Notes: generated by a model not told the origin, from the sequence alone. 64,000 bases of DNA from an uncultured bacterium (GCA_963727255.1 CAVSFC010000002.1:320001-384000), one strand, 5' to 3'; numbered from the stretch's first letter, positions 11,200 to 21,392 are shown. A program made the numbers and translations.

Positions 11200-11520
11200 C
11201 GCCTTATTATTATATTTATATATATATTAATACTTATAATAATAATAGGTGAGCCGGTTTTTGGTGGATAACTTACCTTGATGGCCATATCTGTTTATTG
11301 ATCTAATCAAGCATTTCGAAGAGCATTGAGTGGTGGATAACTTGGTGGATAAGTGGTGGATAACTTGTGGATAACTTTTTGTTGCGCTTGAAATTGCGCT
11401 TTGAATGATAGGCTTTTAAGGGGTTTTGCTGGCTAAGCGCCTTTCATGGCGATACTATTGGATGTTGCGCAATGAGTTATCCACCACTTATCCACCACTT
11501 ATCCACCAAGTTATCCACCA
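11200..11520. promoter_or_regulatory. Probable chromosomal replication origin (oriC)
   Basis: Nine DnaA-box-like 9-mers (GGTGGATAA at 11263, 11332, 11344, 11355; TGTGGATAA at 11366; TTATCCACC at 11477, 11488, 11499, 11511) plus an AT-rich tract at about 11204-11247. Confidence 0.8.
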
Positions 11521-11902
11521 GACACATATGAAATATCAGGATCGGGAAGGCATTTTTCTATTCAGCCAGAATACTTTTCTCCATTGTTGCAGGGGCTTGA
11601 CGGCGTAGTTTGTATAATAAGAATCGTCAAAACAATAAAGACGACCAGATTTTGTGTATGTAAAACTGTATTAATTAGCCAAATAAATCAATTGTATTCA
11701 TACAGGATTTGATGAGGAGTGAGCGGTTAAATGCTCGTGCTTAATTTCAGTCTGAAAAATTTAATTGCAAGACTCATTTAAAACAAATTGTTTTTGCTGA
11801 ATGTCATCATTCAGAGAGAAATATTTTAATATCTGAGCGGATGTTGCAATTCTTTTTGAATGATTTATTAAAAAGCATAATGCTTCTCTTTTTGTATTGA
11901 AT

Positions 11903-11973
11903 CAGAAATGCAACACGGGTAAATCTGTTGCAAATTAGGGAGCAAGGTCCGCGTATAGCGTGTTGCATTTCTG
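11903..11973. repeat. Perfect 15-bp inverted repeat
   Basis: CAGAAATGCAACACG (11903-11917) and CGTGTTGCATTTCTG (11959-11973). Confidence 0.8.
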
Positions 11974-12035
11974 CTGTAATAACTATCTGATCGGGATAAA
12001 GAATCATCTGAGTTTTAAAAAAATGAAACGTTGCG

Positions 12036-12623
12036 CTAGTTTTGGGCCAATTGGTATGCCTTTGCAATGTCTTCATACAGGGTATTAAGTTCCTTGGGAT
12101 TTCTTAGAATATAGGCTGGATGATAGGTAGGCATAATAATATATTCCGGGAGGTTAGCAGCGACAATCGGTTTGCCTCGAACGGTTGAGATTTTTATGTG
12201 ATAATCATTGAGCAATCCTTGAAGCGCGGTAGCCCCTAAGCTGCAAATGATTTTAGGGCGAATGATTTTGATCTGATTAAAGAGCAAAAGATTGGTGCAG
12301 GTGAGCACTTCATTTTCAAGGGGTTTGCGGTTATTAGGAGGTCTGCATTTTACTACGTTGGTGATGAATACTTGGCTTCTTTCAAGGCCTGCACATTCAA
12401 AAATCTTATCGAGCAACTTGCCCGATCTGCCTACGAATGGTTTTCCTAATCGGTCCTCATCCTGTCCGGGGCCTTCTCCAACAAACATGAGCTTGGCATC
12501 GGGGTTGCCTGATCCAAATACTACATTGGTTCTTCCCAGTTTGCCTAACGGGCACTGGACGCATTTTATATACGGCGCATACAGTTTATTAAGAAGTTCT
12601 TGTTTATATGTTTTAATATCCAT
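12036..12623 (-). CDS. Uracil-DNA glycosylase, family 4
   Basis: CVQCPL, FVGEGPG, PFVGRSG, TNVVKCRPPNNR, TYHPAYILR. Confidence 0.95.
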   Translation of the reverse strand: MDIKTYKQELLNKLYAPYIKCVQCPLGKLGRTNVVFGSGNPDAKLMFVGEGPGQDEDRLGKPFVGRSGKLLDKIFECAGLERSQVFITNVVKCRPPNNRKPLENEVLTCTNLLLFNQIKIIRPKIICSLGATALQGLLNDYHIKISTVRGKPIVAANLPEYIIMPTYHPAYILRNPKELNTLYEDIAKAYQLAQN

Positions 12624-12644
12624 CGCGTGAGTTTGCCTTCAAGT

Positions 12645-12670
12645 GAAAGCTCCCGGCAAAAACCGGGAGC
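12645..12670 (-). terminator. Hairpin, probable terminator after the clostripain gene
   Basis: GCTCCCGG-loop-CCGGGAGC followed by TTT on the minus strand. Confidence 0.6.
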
Positions 12671-12698
12671 GAATATTTTAAGACTAGGTTATCGATTC

Positions 12699-14036
12699 TT
12701 ATCCGTTTAATAAATAGGCGGTTAGGAATTTTGTCCAGTTATTTTTTGCAAAGTTAGATTTTTTGTATGAAGGATGAATTTTTCTGTCTGGGAAGAAAAT
12801 AGAAATTCCCGATGCATACGGAAGATTTGAACCGCAGACATTTCTGATGACTACTCTTTTTATGATTCCCATGCCTTCTTGCAGTATTCGTATAATTTCC
12901 GAAGCGAGTAGATTTGGATTTGGGAAAGTATCCCGTAACGCCTTAGAGAGATTTTTATAAAAATGAAGTAAATCAATATATGTTGGCTCATTAAAGTGAG
13001 TGCAGTTTCCTTTTCTTTTGCTATGAGCAAGTATATTTCTATAAACGCTTGCTTGATCGGTTGATAGTGCGCCCGTTAGTGCATCCCCCAATTGGCTTAC
13101 ATTTGCTTCAAGCTGATCAATAATAGCAAGATCAAGGGCCGATTGAGTGTAATCAACAAATCCCGGATGATTTCCGCTGGGCTTATATGCGGTTGCAAAG
13201 GCATCTACAATATGGGATGCAAGACCATGGGCATCGGGCGCTCCTCTCAGAAATGCCAGCAACGCTTCATCATATCTCCAGCCTGGCCCGGGCTCAACTT
13301 CCTGTGAGGCGATTTGGATATTTGCAAACTGTTTAGTGATCTCTGCAACTTCGATCATTGCCATCAGGCATGCATCGAAGGCGATAATATCAAATTTTCT
13401 TCCGCCCAGAATGGTATTCTTGATTTCTGAGAGAGCGGCCTCCAGTTTTTGATTGGTCAAATAATTGCCCGTGGTATCATCCCAGCAAATTCCTTTGGGA
13501 TCATTAAGCGCTTCAATCAAATCAAGGAATCCTATAGTTCGATCAAGCTCAAAAACATTAGTATGGGAATTATACGTATAGAGCATTTTCGTATCAATTT
13601 GACGCCGGCCATACGGATCAATAATTCCGGTGCCATGATTCCAGAGCACGAGCATATAGCGCTCTGCCGGATAATTAGTTATTGCCCAGCGGCACGCAGA
13701 AACAAGGGTTGCCGGGTCGCCGCTATCCATCGGAGTTTTTTCATTGGGAATCTCAACTTGGACCGGATTATTTTTTTCTACATAATAGCGGCGGGTTATT
13801 TTTTTGCTTCCATGCATACGGATATCCAAATGAACGCAGAGATTTACATACTGATTCGATCCGATAAGCGACATTTGCTTAATATTTCGCGATGCATAAT
13901 CGCGTAGATTGTTATCTGCGGCTGCATAGACAATAAATGTCCAGGGTTTTTTTTCTTTTGGATTAGTTGAACCAAATAGCAAAAATATGATGATAAAAAA
14001 ATGAAAGAAAATGCAATCTTTTAGCAAGCGTACCAT
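12699..14036 (-). CDS. Clostripain-family (C11) cysteine peptidase, N-terminally anchored or secreted
   Basis: WTFIVYAAADNNL, MDSGDPATL, LVLWNHGTG (catalytic His), FDACLMA (catalytic Cys), ASQEVEPGPGW. Confidence 0.9.
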   Translation of the reverse strand: MVRLLKDCIFFHFFIIIFLLFGSTNPKEKKPWTFIVYAAADNNLRDYASRNIKQMSLIGSNQYVNLCVHLDIRMHGSKKITRRYYVEKNNPVQVEIPNEKTPMDSGDPATLVSACRWAITNYPAERYMLVLWNHGTGIIDPYGRRQIDTKMLYTYNSHTNVFELDRTIGFLDLIEALNDPKGICWDDTTGNYLTNQKLEAALSEIKNTILGGRKFDIIAFDACLMAMIEVAEITKQFANIQIASQEVEPGPGWRYDEALLAFLRGAPDAHGLASHIVDAFATAYKPSGNHPGFVDYTQSALDLAIIDQLEANVSQLGDALTGALSTDQASVYRNILAHSKRKGNCTHFNEPTYIDLLHFYKNLSKALRDTFPNPNLLASEIIRILQEGMGIIKRVVIRNVCGSNLPYASGISIFFPDRKIHPSYKKSNFAKNNWTKFLTAYLLNG

Positions 14037-14112
14037 AATCCCTACTCCCCTTTAATGGTATATATGCCCTATACCTTAAGGTATTCAAAGTCGGAGGGAT
14101 GGCACAATATTT

Positions 14113-15222
14113 TTATGAATAGCCCTGTTTTTTACGCGCTTCTATATGGTTAAACCACGCGAGCGCAAAGGTGAGTCCAAAGCTCAGTTGAAAATCGAGG
14201 AAGAATAATTGCAACGGATTTATGCACAATACTAATGCGGTCACTAAAACAACCAGATGAACATAATGGGAAGGAGATCGCGCTAACAAACACCATTTAT
14301 AAATGAGGACCATTAAGAGCGCACGTTCAAATGAGACACTCGACCAAGAAAGAACTGCATAGGTAAGAATAAGCATAATTAAAAACAGTTGCTTAAATAG
14401 GTAGGAAAGTGGCAGTAAGCTTAAAATAAAATGCCAAACAATCACAAAGATAACCAAATGTAAACCCGAACGGGCAAGATAATGGCTGGTTCCCCAAATC
14501 TTAAATGGTTCTTTCGTTGAATCCATTTGCTTTTTTACCGCAGTACGATTTCCAAGAAATATCGAAGAAAACAATTGGAATGTCTCGCGATTTATTTTAG
14601 ATCGCAATGTTGCAAAAAGAGATTCTTTAAAATAAAACAACGAACGCATAAAACTAAAATTGGGCCGTTCTATGAGGGTATATTTTAGATTCTCAAGAAA
14701 AAGCGTTGCAGAAATTTTTTCTTTGGCCAGATAGGTGTTAAAAGAAGAATTCGAACTTTGTTTAAAGGCAACATCATTAATTTCAACGAGATCTCCGACC
14801 AAAAGATCGGGTTTATCTTTTATATACAATGCAATAGTTTCTCCGCATTGATGCCAAGTATCCTGTTTTTGTATTTGATCAGTTTCTATGATCATGCGAA
14901 ATGAAAAGCGAGGATTTTGTATTTTTTCAATGCTGGAAATATATCCGTGCAAGGTAATGGCATCCTCTGCAACCAGATTAAGAAAATTCTTTTGAGTTTT
15001 TTGTTGCATGTAACAAAGAATTGATCCTGCAAGGAATGATAGCGCAACAATAGTATAGAGTGGCTTATTGTAGCCCTTGGCCCAACGATAAAAAATACCA
15101 AAAATAATAAGCAGTGCTGCTATACCAAGCTGTACCGAAAGCCAGACTCGCAGAAACTGGCAAGTGATACCCACCATCATGGAAAGCGTTACATGCGATA
15201 AATAATGAAGACGCGGGAACAT
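14113..15222 (-). CDS. comEC: ComEC/Rec2-family competence membrane protein (no C-terminal MBL domain)
   Basis: OB-like region then GTSHYLARSGLH, SFERALLM, INPLQLFFLDFQLSF. Confidence 0.8.
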   Translation of the reverse strand: MFPRLHYLSHVTLSMMVGITCQFLRVWLSVQLGIAALLIIFGIFYRWAKGYNKPLYTIVALSFLAGSILCYMQQKTQKNFLNLVAEDAITLHGYISSIEKIQNPRFSFRMIIETDQIQKQDTWHQCGETIALYIKDKPDLLVGDLVEINDVAFKQSSNSSFNTYLAKEKISATLFLENLKYTLIERPNFSFMRSLFYFKESLFATLRSKINRETFQLFSSIFLGNRTAVKKQMDSTKEPFKIWGTSHYLARSGLHLVIFVIVWHFILSLLPLSYLFKQLFLIMLILTYAVLSWSSVSFERALLMVLIYKWCLLARSPSHYVHLVVLVTALVLCINPLQLFFLDFQLSFGLTFALAWFNHIEARKKQGYS

Positions 15223-15288
15223 AAAATGTGAGGTGAAATATTTTAAAATACCTATTGTGATGATGCCCTAGTCAAAGTTGTGAATCTA

Positions 15289-16311
15289 TTATCTATGATT
15301 TGCAAGAAGAGCCTTTACTTCTTGAATAAAAGGCGATTCTCCATTGAGAGATTCCATTCCAAAGACCATATCCAATACAGATGGAGACCTAGCAAAAGGC
15401 CGATAGTCTGGATTTACACCATTTTTGAGAAATAGTTTTAAAAGATCGATATCTTCCTGTTTTATTGTTTTGCATGTTGCAAATATGGAACAGGGAGTTC
15501 CAATCTCAGTTATTATGGCATAAGGATTAGCTCCATTTGCAAAGAGCATGTCAGCGATTTCAGTACAATAGGGAATTTTTTTATCCCATATTTGAACCAG
15601 GATTTCCAAGGGAAGCCTTCCCGCCGCATCTTTCTCATGCACCGTTTTAGGTGTCACGAATTTTTTTACTAAGGAAAGATCACAAAGCTCAAGCGCATGG
15701 GCAAGAGTTGTTGCTTTTGTTGCAAATAAAGCGGCAACCTTACTGAGTCCTTTGGTTTGATCTGGAGGCACGGTGCGAGCTACAGTCAAATTGAATGCTG
15801 CAGAGTTTTTTTCTTTTCGCTCCTTAAAAAAAGGATTTGCGCCTTTCGAGAGGAGAAATTCTAATGGTGGCAGATAGTCTTCGCGCATTGCGATACTTGT
15901 TGCAAATATTATAGCAGAAATATTCTGGCCTGGTTTGCATCGATTTATAAACGCCTTTTTTTGAGTAAGAAATTCTAGAACAGGATTACTTGCTGCTGGG
16001 TTTTTTCGTTCAAAAGCATCGCAAAGAGCAGCTTGTAAGAGTGATGTCCCATTTTTATCCAGAGAATTTGGATCAATGCCTTCTTCATTTATTAGGTGTT
16101 GCAAACATATTAAATTGCTTCTCGATGCAGCAGTAAATGCGAGCGCTTTTAGCTGATTTTCTTCCGGCTCGGGAGTTGAAGTTCTTAAATCTCCGGCATT
16201 GATGAGTTTTAATTTCATTTCTTTGTGTTTTTGTTCATCAACCATGCAAGAGAGCGAGAGCGTAAAAAGCGCAAATAGTGTTATAAAAATGGATATAGAT
16301 TTTGTCTTCAT
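15289..16311 (-). CDS. Secreted ankyrin-repeat protein
   Basis: Signal peptide; GTSLLQAAL, FLLSKGANPF, LFANGANP, FLKNGVNPD. Confidence 0.8.
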   Translation of the reverse strand: MKTKSISIFITLFALFTLSLSCMVDEQKHKEMKLKLINAGDLRTSTPEPEENQLKALAFTAASRSNLICLQHLINEEGIDPNSLDKNGTSLLQAALCDAFERKNPAASNPVLEFLTQKKAFINRCKPGQNISAIIFATSIAMREDYLPPLEFLLSKGANPFFKERKEKNSAAFNLTVARTVPPDQTKGLSKVAALFATKATTLAHALELCDLSLVKKFVTPKTVHEKDAAGRLPLEILVQIWDKKIPYCTEIADMLFANGANPYAIITEIGTPCSIFATCKTIKQEDIDLLKLFLKNGVNPDYRPFARSPSVLDMVFGMESLNGESPFIQEVKALLANHR

Positions 16312-16337
16312 AGTGGCTCAACTTAGTATGTTAATTT

Positions 16338-16640
16338 TTATTTTTTAAGAGTTTCTATGCGCTTTATAATATCAGAAACATCAACATTATGCGACTTTTC
16401 CAGATTTTTAAGGCGTTCTATAATCGATTTTCCGCTGGCATCGCTCAGTGTAGCGTTTTCTTTATCAAGAAGTGTATGCAAAAAATCAAAATTTTGATGA
16501 TCAATTGCGGAAAAAATTAGATCCCTTATGAGCTCATTGGAATTTTGTCGTGGGCATCCAGGGCTGCTTATATCTCTATGTTCCGATGCATCAAGAGAGC
16601 AACTGCAAAACAATATTAATACCAGTATCTTTACTATCAT
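16338..16640 (-). CDS. Small secreted protein with a single ankyrin-like unit
   Basis: Likely start MIVKILVLILFCSCSLDA after GGGG RBS; IFSAIDHQNFDFLHTLLDK...DASGKS. Confidence 0.55.
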   Translation of the reverse strand: MIVKILVLILFCSCSLDASEHRDISSPGCPRQNSNELIRDLIFSAIDHQNFDFLHTLLDKENATLSDASGKSIIERLKNLEKSHNVDVSDIIKRIETLKK

Positions 16641-16717
16641 TATCTGTCCCCCTTTTTTATTTAAAGTACAAAAATTGGGAACCAAAACGCAAAGATATTC
16701 CACTTTTCTGGGCTGTA

Positions 16718-18187
16718 TTATGGATTGTTTGAGCTTAAATCTCGGCGGCAGATTGGGCAATTGTTATTATTGCTCTGGCCAAGCTTTTTTAGGCAATCGC
16801 CGCAAAAAATATGCTTACATTTTGTAACGCTGTCAGCAAAGTTTACAAAGCATACCGGGCAAACTGCATTGATTGTTTCAGGATCAATCTCATACTTAGC
16901 GATTAGTTGTTTTTTATAGGGGATGGGAGCCATTAAGAACTTTTCGAGAAGAAAAGGGTAATCGGTTAACAATTGTTTATCGGCGAATGCACAAATTATA
17001 CTGAGTATTAAAGATGGTGGTTCGTTGGAGAGCACCGCAATGATTTTTTTGCAGCTAGCCTTATATACAAATGATTGAGACCCAGCAGCAATAGTATAAT
17101 TATCGCCGCTTATTGCTACCGTAGAAAAATGCTCACCTGGGGCATCGAATTGTGCTAGGCATGATTTATTTGCAAATTCTACTAACTTTACATGCCCATC
17201 CCAATGCCCGGTAACGGCATAATTTCCGCAACTACTTATTGCGGCCGCAATGATAGTCTTTAATTCTTTTGCGGTTTCTCCTTGACAATTTTCAGTCGAT
17301 ACCCGAACGATTTCTTGGTTAGTTGCAAGAAGGCCGTATTTGCCATCAGGTGTAATATCAACGGAAACAAAATTTTTACGTTGACATTTAAAATCACTCA
17401 AAGTAGGTTTCTTATCCTTATAGTGAAATTTTTTCAATTTATTTTGATATGCGATCAACCCCCAGCTGCCATCATCGCTCATTGCAAATGCTATAGGAGT
17501 TTTTGAACGATTAGGGAATGTATTTCTTTCCTTTCCATCACTTTTTACAATTTCTAGCTCCTCATCATAATGATGGAAGAGTGCGAATTTTCCACGAGAT
17601 GTGAGAAGGAGCATTTTTACATTTTGTGAAAGTATGTCATTAGAACAAGTTGTGCCGGTATAGTTGTTATATTTACTCAGACAATTTTTTGAAGCTGTTA
17701 AAATAAGTCCCGGTTGATCCAAACATTTTGAGGCTATTACTGTTGACTTCAAGTAATTGATGGCGCAAACCAACCCTTTTTCCGTAAAATATGCCGATGT
17801 ATTATTAGTTTTTGTAAGCGACATATGGCTGCCATCATGATCGAGCGATATTGATTGCGCTGGGCAGTTGATATGATAAAGTTGTGCGGAACCTGAATCA
17901 AAACTTTCTGAAATAGAAGTTGGCCCGATTTCTTCTTTTTGAATTTTCTGAACGTTTGCATTAACCAATCCGCTGATTTGATAGAACGTGCCTAGATATC
18001 TTTCAAGCAAGATCTTGCTAATCTCCTGTTTTTTTTCATGAGAATCAGCACGTTGGCATAATTTTTCTAAATCCTGACCAAGTGGGAGAGCAAGCAATTC
18101 TTGTGCCAATGCTTCGGGAGTTTTGCTAGATTCCATAGCAAAAACTGAAGAACACACAAGAAGCACAATAAAAAAATAAGAAATCAC
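16718..18187 (-). CDS. Secreted WD40-repeat protein with C-terminal C3HC4 RING finger
   Basis: Signal peptide; WD40-like SVDITPDGKY, AVTGHWDGHVKL, VAISGDN; RING CPVC-x10-CKHIFCGDC-x11-CPIC. Confidence 0.85.
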   Translation of the reverse strand: MISYFFIVLLVCSSVFAMESSKTPEALAQELLALPLGQDLEKLCQRADSHEKKQEISKILLERYLGTFYQISGLVNANVQKIQKEEIGPTSISESFDSGSAQLYHINCPAQSISLDHDGSHMSLTKTNNTSAYFTEKGLVCAINYLKSTVIASKCLDQPGLILTASKNCLSKYNNYTGTTCSNDILSQNVKMLLLTSRGKFALFHHYDEELEIVKSDGKERNTFPNRSKTPIAFAMSDDGSWGLIAYQNKLKKFHYKDKKPTLSDFKCQRKNFVSVDITPDGKYGLLATNQEIVRVSTENCQGETAKELKTIIAAAISSCGNYAVTGHWDGHVKLVEFANKSCLAQFDAPGEHFSTVAISGDNYTIAAGSQSFVYKASCKKIIAVLSNEPPSLILSIICAFADKQLLTDYPFLLEKFLMAPIPYKKQLIAKYEIDPETINAVCPVCFVNFADSVTKCKHIFCGDCLKKLGQSNNNNCPICRRDLSSNNP

Positions 18188-18312
18188 AATGAGAACCTAA
18201 TGTTTAAAAACTATTTATTAAATCAATACTTTAAGATATAAGAGCATTGTTTGTCAAATAAGCAATGGTGCGGCATACTGATTAAAAATTCTTTTTTAAA
18301 ATCGGGTTAAAA

Positions 18313-20946
18313 ATGTCTTCTATACAAAAACACATTCTATCTAATGGTCTTACTGTTTTAGTACATCCCCTACACACAATTCCCAAAGTTGCAGTTCAAC
18401 TCTGGTATGAGGTTGGCTCAAAAGATGAAAAAGATGGCGAAAGAGGTTTAGCCCATTTGCTTGAACATATGATTTTCAAGGGCACCGACATTCTTTCTGA
18501 ATCTGATATCAATCTGATTGCGCATAAATTATCAGGAAATTGCAACGCCTTTACTGGCCATGATTATACTGGCTACCTCTTTGATTTTCCTAAGCAAAAT
18601 TGGAAAATTGCGCTTCCATTGCTCGCTAACTGCATGCGAAAATGCACCTTCAAAGAAGATCTTTTAAATGCAGAATTAAAAGCGGTTATTCAAGAATTAA
18701 AGATGTATAAGGATGATTATCAAACAAGCTTATGCGAGCAGATGCTCAGTGCGCTTTTTAAAGAACATCCGTATCATTATCCGATTATTGGGTATAAGCA
18801 AGATTTATGGGGCATCAATCAGCAAGGCTTGCTTGCTTTTTATGCAAAGCATTATGTGCCCAATAATGCTACCTTAGTGATTGTTGGTGATATCGATGTG
18901 CAAGAAGCGATCACTCTTGCTGAGCAAGCATTTAATGCAATACCCGCTGATCCTAATTACCATCGCGATACTTATAAGTATGTGCCCGATATGCGTGCCC
19001 ATTCGGTGATAATCAAACGAGACGTGCAACAACCAATTTTAATGTATGCATGGGTTGTTCCGGGCCTAAAAGCAAAGCAATCGCATATTATTGATGCGGT
19101 CCGCTGGATTTTTGGAGAAGGCAAAGGATCCCGCCTTTTTAAAAAAATTGTGGATGAAAAAGAGTTAGCAACCGATTTGCAGGTTGATTTATACGAGATG
19201 TTTGATCAAAGTGTATTCTTTATTCACATTGATCCGGTAGATGAAACAGTAATTGATACCATCTCTCAAATAATTAAGGATGAACTTGATCTCTTGCACA
19301 AAAATGGGGTTCAGGAGCATGAATTGCAGCGTGCTTGCAAGCAATCATTAATGGAACATTTGAGTCTTTTTGAAAACAATCAAAAGCTTGCCTATGAAAT
19401 TGGTGCATCATTTTTAGCAACCAAGAATGAAAAATCGCTTGAAGAATATCCGGCCTTACAAAAAAAGATTGATAGAAAAACAGTGGATCAGTTTTTTAAG
19501 GAGTATCTGCGCGGATCGATTATGAGCAAAGGAGCGGTGCTCCCGCTCAATGAACGTGAAATGGCCGATTGGCTTGCCTTGCAGGAGCAATCTGATAAAG
19601 AAGATGAGCGGATTCTCTCGCGTAAAATACGTGAATCTACCGTTGAATGCGGGGTCTATGTTGAGCAGGTTATCGCGCAAGAGGCTGCATCATTTAAATA
19701 TCCGCGTGCTGATAAATCAACATTATCCAATGGGCTCATGCTTGTAACCCATTCAAATAAACAAACTCCAAAAATTGATTTAATGCTCGATCTAAAAGTG
19801 CGCCATTTTTATGATCCCGAGGATAAGGAGGGGCTCATCAATTTTATGAGTACCATGTTGCTCGAAGGAACCGAGCGCTATACCGATCAAGAGCTTGCCG
19901 ATGCTGCTGAATCGCGAGGCATGGGCATTGATGTACGCGCAGGAATGCTTACAATCAGCACATTAAAAGAAGACTTTGAATTTGCGTTACATTTATTGGA
20001 CCAATTAGTTACTCAGGCAACATTTCCTGAAAAAAGCATAGAAAAAATACGATCCCAAATCGATGCTGATATTGCACAACTCTGGGATAGCCCGACAGAA
20101 TTCGTTGCTCAATTAGCACGAAAAGAATTATATAAGTATCATCCGTATCACAAAAATATTTTGGGCAGTGAAGAATCGATCAAAAAAATAAAACGTTCAG
20201 ATCTGATCAACGCCTATAAAAAATATAGCACCCCCTTGGGAGCACGCTTGGCCATAATCGGAGATCTTGAAGGCATCAATGTTAATGCTGTTGTGCAAAA
20301 GATGCTTGGCAATTGGCAAGGTGCTTCAGTTCCGGATTTAGAATTTCCACAATTGCCTACAGTAACTAAAAAAGATTTAAACACCTCTATGAATCGTGAT
20401 CAGACGGTGCTTTGTTTTGCCGGCCATTCTGTCTCGCGCCTCGATCCAAGATTTGATGCATTATTGCTTTTTGATCAAATTTTTACAGGCGGAGTTTTGG
20501 GTTCAATGAGCTCCTATCTTTTCCAGCTACGGGAACAAACGGGGCTCTTTTATACGATTGGCGGATCATTAGTGGCCGGTGCAGATGAGCAGCCAGGAAT
20601 GGTTTTTTTGCGTACGATAGTTTCTAATGATCGCTTGGATGAAGCAGAGCGCTTGATTGAACAAGCAATAATAGAATGCAAAAAGCGTATTAATGATCTG
20701 GATATTGAGCATGCGCGCAATGCGCTGGTGAATTCACTGGTCGATCATTTTGAATCTAATTATAGTATGGCAGAAGCATTTTTATTTCTTGATCGCTTTG
20801 GATTGCCTGCTGATTATTTTGATAATCGTTTGAAAAATTTAAAATTAATGAGTAATGGGCAGATAAAATCCGCAGTAGAAGAGATTCTTGATCCCAATCG
20901 GCTCATCCGATTAAGAATAGGCAGATTAGCATTTAAAAATCGATAA
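18313..20946 (+). CDS. M16 family zinc peptidase, double-length
   Basis: WYEVGSKDE, GLAHLLEHMIFKGT (HxxEH), LREQTGLFY. Confidence 0.93.
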   Translation: MSSIQKHILSNGLTVLVHPLHTIPKVAVQLWYEVGSKDEKDGERGLAHLLEHMIFKGTDILSESDINLIAHKLSGNCNAFTGHDYTGYLFDFPKQNWKIALPLLANCMRKCTFKEDLLNAELKAVIQELKMYKDDYQTSLCEQMLSALFKEHPYHYPIIGYKQDLWGINQQGLLAFYAKHYVPNNATLVIVGDIDVQEAITLAEQAFNAIPADPNYHRDTYKYVPDMRAHSVIIKRDVQQPILMYAWVVPGLKAKQSHIIDAVRWIFGEGKGSRLFKKIVDEKELATDLQVDLYEMFDQSVFFIHIDPVDETVIDTISQIIKDELDLLHKNGVQEHELQRACKQSLMEHLSLFENNQKLAYEIGASFLATKNEKSLEEYPALQKKIDRKTVDQFFKEYLRGSIMSKGAVLPLNEREMADWLALQEQSDKEDERILSRKIRESTVECGVYVEQVIAQEAASFKYPRADKSTLSNGLMLVTHSNKQTPKIDLMLDLKVRHFYDPEDKEGLINFMSTMLLEGTERYTDQELADAAESRGMGIDVRAGMLTISTLKEDFEFALHLLDQLVTQATFPEKSIEKIRSQIDADIAQLWDSPTEFVAQLARKELYKYHPYHKNILGSEESIKKIKRSDLINAYKKYSTPLGARLAIIGDLEGINVNAVVQKMLGNWQGASVPDLEFPQLPTVTKKDLNTSMNRDQTVLCFAGHSVSRLDPRFDALLLFDQIFTGGVLGSMSSYLFQLREQTGLFYTIGGSLVAGADEQPGMVFLRTIVSNDRLDEAERLIEQAIIECKKRINDLDIEHARNALVNSLVDHFESNYSMAEAFLFLDRFGLPADYFDNRLKNLKLMSNGQIKSAVEEILDPNRLIRLRIGRLAFKNR

Positions 20947-20966
20947 GTTAAAAAAAGGAGATTTCG

Positions 20967-21392
20967 ATGATAAACAGTCTAAGATTTTTGAAAATTTTTG
21001 GACTCGCCTATCCATTTTTTATTTGCATGGATATTATTTGGATCGGTTTTATAATGAATGGCATTTATAAAGAAAAATTGTCAGCCATTGCTCGCATGAG
21101 CAACGGCGCAATAAGGCCGAATATACCTGCATCATTACTAGTCTGGTTGCTTATTGTAGGAGGCTCGTTAGTTTTTGTTTTACCGCAGATAGAAAGTGCT
21201 CCTTTGATTCGGCAATTTATGTGGGGTGCATTCTACGGATTGATCCTTTATGGCGTATACGATTTAACCAACTTTGCCATTCTTTCATCGTGGCTGCTTT
21301 CTATTACCATGCTCGATTTGGCGTGGGGTATGTTTGCAAATGGCATTTTGGCTATTGCGCTTGTTTTTTTGAGCAAATTGATTCAGCACTAA
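20967..21392 (+). CDS. DUF2177-like membrane protein
   Basis: DIIWIG, GLILYGVYDLTN, DLAWG motifs; four hydrophobic segments. Confidence 0.8.
   Translation: MINSLRFLKIFGLAYPFFICMDIIWIGFIMNGIYKEKLSAIARMSNGAIRPNIPASLLVWLLIVGGSLVFVLPQIESAPLIRQFMWGAFYGLILYGVYDLTNFAILSSWLLSITMLDLAWGMFANGILAIALVFLSKLIQH

Noticed and set aside
11330..11520. Short tandem repeats as a CRISPR array or plasmid iterons
   Set aside because: Units are 11-12 bp with no spacers, match DnaA boxes, and no cas or rep genes are nearby.
11079..12076. Short ORFs 11079-11288, 11426-11608 and 11807-12076
   Set aside because: They run across DnaA boxes, AT tracts and inverted repeats, with no recognisable motifs or RBS.
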